Assembly: GCA_965112735.1 (NCBI GenBank)
Contig: OZ218961.1
Coordinates: 3,038,001-3,102,000 of the forward strand
Source of the DNA: Phaeosaccion multiseriatum
Lineage: Eukaryota > Protista > Ochrophyta, other classes
DNA length: 64,000 bases
Direction: 5' to 3'
The notes beneath the pieces are model-generated. The model saw only the letters and a list, made by a program, of their open reading frames with translations. It ran no database searches and was not told where the DNA came from. Shown piece after piece: positions 61,275 to 64,000 of the stretch (positions are counted from its first letter, which is position 1; every line of letters starts with the position of its first letter). The position numbers were made by a program, and so were the translations under genes.

Positions 61275-64000
61275 ATGGCGACGGATCTGCTGACTGGCAG
61301 GGATCACGCTCCTCTGAGACAAGGCAGCAATGAATGCCGGAGTGCCGTTGGGGAAGAAGAACCAGGGGTGCAAGGGCAAGGGGACGCGCATCTCAGAGCA
61401 ACTCCAGCAGTGGCAGCGGCAGCGCCAGTGGCAGTGGAAGCACCGCCCCAGCAGTCTGATTCTTCACAAGGAGGAGGGGGGAGATGGAGGAGATGGGGGA
61501 GTCGGAAGAGAAGCCGGCCCCACTTCACCGGCCCTACAGAGGGAGGCAGCGGGGCGGATGGTCGGCATAAGCCCGCCATTCCATACTCGAGCCCCCCCAG
61601 CAGCCCGCTCGGAACCGGTGCGATGCTGGAAGTCGGTGCGATGGTCCAATGCCGCCCAGGTAGTCCCTCTCATGAAGGCATAAGTGGAGAAGACCAATTG
61701 GCAGGGGCGAGGCACACGCATTGGAGACGGAGAGAAGCTTTGGGCGGGCGAGAGCCTCCGGCGGTCTTCATGTGGCCCAGCGAATTCAATGAGAAAGTGC
61801 GTCCAATCTTCACCAACCCCCAGCGAGGACTGATTACGCTGGCGTGGTTTGAGGCGACAGTGGACGAGGCAATCCCAAAGAACATCAGCGGGGTGAGTGT
61901 TGCTGAGGGAGAGGGAGAGGGACAGGGAGAGACAGAGGGAAAGGGGCAGGGAGAGGGAGCGAGAGAGAGAGAAAGAGAGAGGGAGTGGGAGAGGGAGAGG
62001 GAGAGGGAGATGGCAGTAGACAGGAGGGGTGAGTGTTGCTGAGGGAAAGGGAGAGGAAAAGGGCAAAAGTCCATGTGTGTGGGGGAGGAGAGGGGTGGGT
62101 GAATGCGCCTGTGATATTCAGTAACGGGGTGAGTGAGCGAGTGATTGAGATTGGGTGAGGGAGTGAGAGTGAATGAGCTAGCGAAGGTACCACACCTCAG
62201 CCCCACAGAACCGCAATGCTTCGGCAACTCTTCACTGCAACGATGTGTGTCTTCCCGTCCTCACCCACTCCCGTACTGCCCTCGTGGTGCCCTTCCCCTT
62301 CCCTTTCGTCCCATCTGAACCCACCCCTCGCCCTCTCCCTCTCTCTCTTCCTCTCCCTCTCCCACTCACTCTCTCTCTCCCTCTCCCTCTCCCACTCACT
62401 CTCTCTCTCTTCCTCTCTCTGTCCCTCTCCCTCTCCCACTCCCTCTCTCTCTCTCCCTCTCCCTCTCCTTCTCCCTCTTCCCCCCCCCCCCTCTCTCTCC
62501 CTGTCCCTCTCCCCCTCCCCCTCCCTCTCCCTCTCCCTCTCCTTTCGCGTTGACCAGGGCCCCAAGGCGGTTATCGTGCGCCTCCGCTGGATGCGAGACA
62601 CACTCCTCCTCCAGGACGATATGCGAAGTGTAGCAGACGCCACCGCAATGGTCTTTGCCGAGATTGATGTCAACGGCAGCGGCGTCATCAACCCCAATGA
62701 GTTTTGGGAGATGGGACTCCAGAAGGGCGTGTTTCAACACAACTTTGTCGATCTAAAGGGCAAGAAGCATCTCTTCTCGTGGAGAGCCTTGGGCTTTCTA
62801 GGGGCGCACACTCCGCTCCGAAAGGGGCTGGTCTGCCTCATCCATCACCACTGGTTTGAGAAGGCCATCTTCATGTGTATTCTGGCCAACTCGATTATCA
62901 TGGCACTCTTCGACCCGACGGACCCGGGCCTCTACGATGGGACGGGGCTCAGCACACGCAATCAGGTGAGGGAGGGAGGGAGGGAGGGAGGGAGGGAGCG
63001 GGTGAGTGAGTGCGTGAGTGAGTGAGTGAGCGAGTGAGTGGGTGGGTGAGTGGGTGAGTGGGTGAGTGAGTGAGTGAGTGAGGGAGGGAGGGAGTGAGGG
63101 AGGGAGGGAGGGAGGGAGGGAGGGAGGGAGGGAGGGAGGGAGGGAGGGAGGGAGGGAGGGAGGGAGGGAGGGAGGGAGGGAGGGAGGGAGTGGGTGAGGG
63201 AGTGAGTGAATAAATGAGTGAGTGAGTGAGGGATGGATGGATGGATGGATGGATGGATGGAGGGAGGGAGGGAGGGAGGGAGGGAGGGAGGGAGGGAGGG
63301 GAGAGAGGGGAGGGAGGGGAGGGAGGGAAGGAGGGAGTGAGTGAGAGATTGAGCGGGCAAGTGAGAGAGTCGGTGGCAGTGTGGGAGGGGATGGCAGCGC
63401 ATGGCAGTGTGGTCTACGAACGAGTCCTCTACCTTCAGTGCTACGGCTTCCTCAACCTCCCCATTGGAGCTAAGCGCCCCTCCTCCCCTCCCCTCCCCTC
63501 CCCTCGTCTCGTCTTGCCCTCCCGTCCCGTGCGTCCCTCTCCCCTTCCCCCCTTCTACGTTCCTTCATCCCTTTGTTCCTTCGTCCTTGTGTTCCTTTGC
63601 GTATTTATATATACTGTACATATATATTATGTATATATGTTATGTATTAGGTGGTGGCCGTTGCCGACACGCTCTTCACAGGTGTCTTTTTGGTGGAGGC
63701 AGTCCTGAAGATCGTGGCCATGGGGTTTGCGTGGGATGAGGGATGCTACCTAAGGGACATGTGGAACAAGCTCGACTTCCTTGTGGTCGTGTTTGGAGTC
63801 GCTAGTTGGGGTGAGTGAGGGAGGGAATGATGACCCCTGAACGTCACCTTTTTTACTGCTGCTTACTGCTGTATCACCTGCTTACTGCTGTATCACCAAC
63901 TCCTGCAGCTGCTGCGGCTGCTGCTGCTGCTCTAATGCCTGTGCCCTCCTTAGCCACGCCTCTTCATTGCTCTTTGGGCACCCCCCCCCCCTTCCTCCGC
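61275..64000 (+). CDS. 5' part of a voltage-gated Ca2+/Na+ channel alpha-subunit-like gene with an N-terminal EF-hand-like motif; runs off the window
   Basis: WFEKAIFMCILANSIIMALFDP (S1), FTGVFLVEAVLKIVAMGF (S2), YLRDMWNKLDFLVV (S3). EF-hand-like DVNGSGVINPNE. Exons ~61275-61892, 62558-62964, 63651-63810. Confidence 0.82.

Overview
Eukaryotic, intron-rich, microsatellite-laden genomic DNA. It is probably an ochrophyte/stramenopile alga, inferred from a signal peptide plus an 'A-F' plastid-targeting-like motif on the TruD protein (low certainty). Bases 258-13606 are one apparently full-length RLE-type (CRE-like) non-LTR retrotransposon bounded by an 11-bp TSD (TGTCGATATCA). Its single ~2,100-codon ORF (zinc finger, two RING-like fingers, RT, CCHC, restriction-like endonuclease) is split by two nested TG...CA insertions, each with a 4-bp TSD. 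The first is a 2.3-kb non-coding element built from palindromic hairpins and tRNA-like cores (1438-3780). The second is a 4.2-kb three-LTR non-autonomous element with an apparent self-priming PBS and an internal 113-bp satellite (7446-11690). Host genes follow: TruD/PUS7, an unknown minus-strand gene, an Elongin A/TFIIS-N-like gene, a CNBD K+ channel, a PWI/SRRM1-like gene, MON2, an LRR + HET-like-domain gene, an unusual FAAL-ACP-KS-ACP-[Pls-like membrane/LbH] megasynthase, and the 5' part of a Cav/Nav-type channel. Exon boundaries were read by eye and are approximate. No database search was possible.
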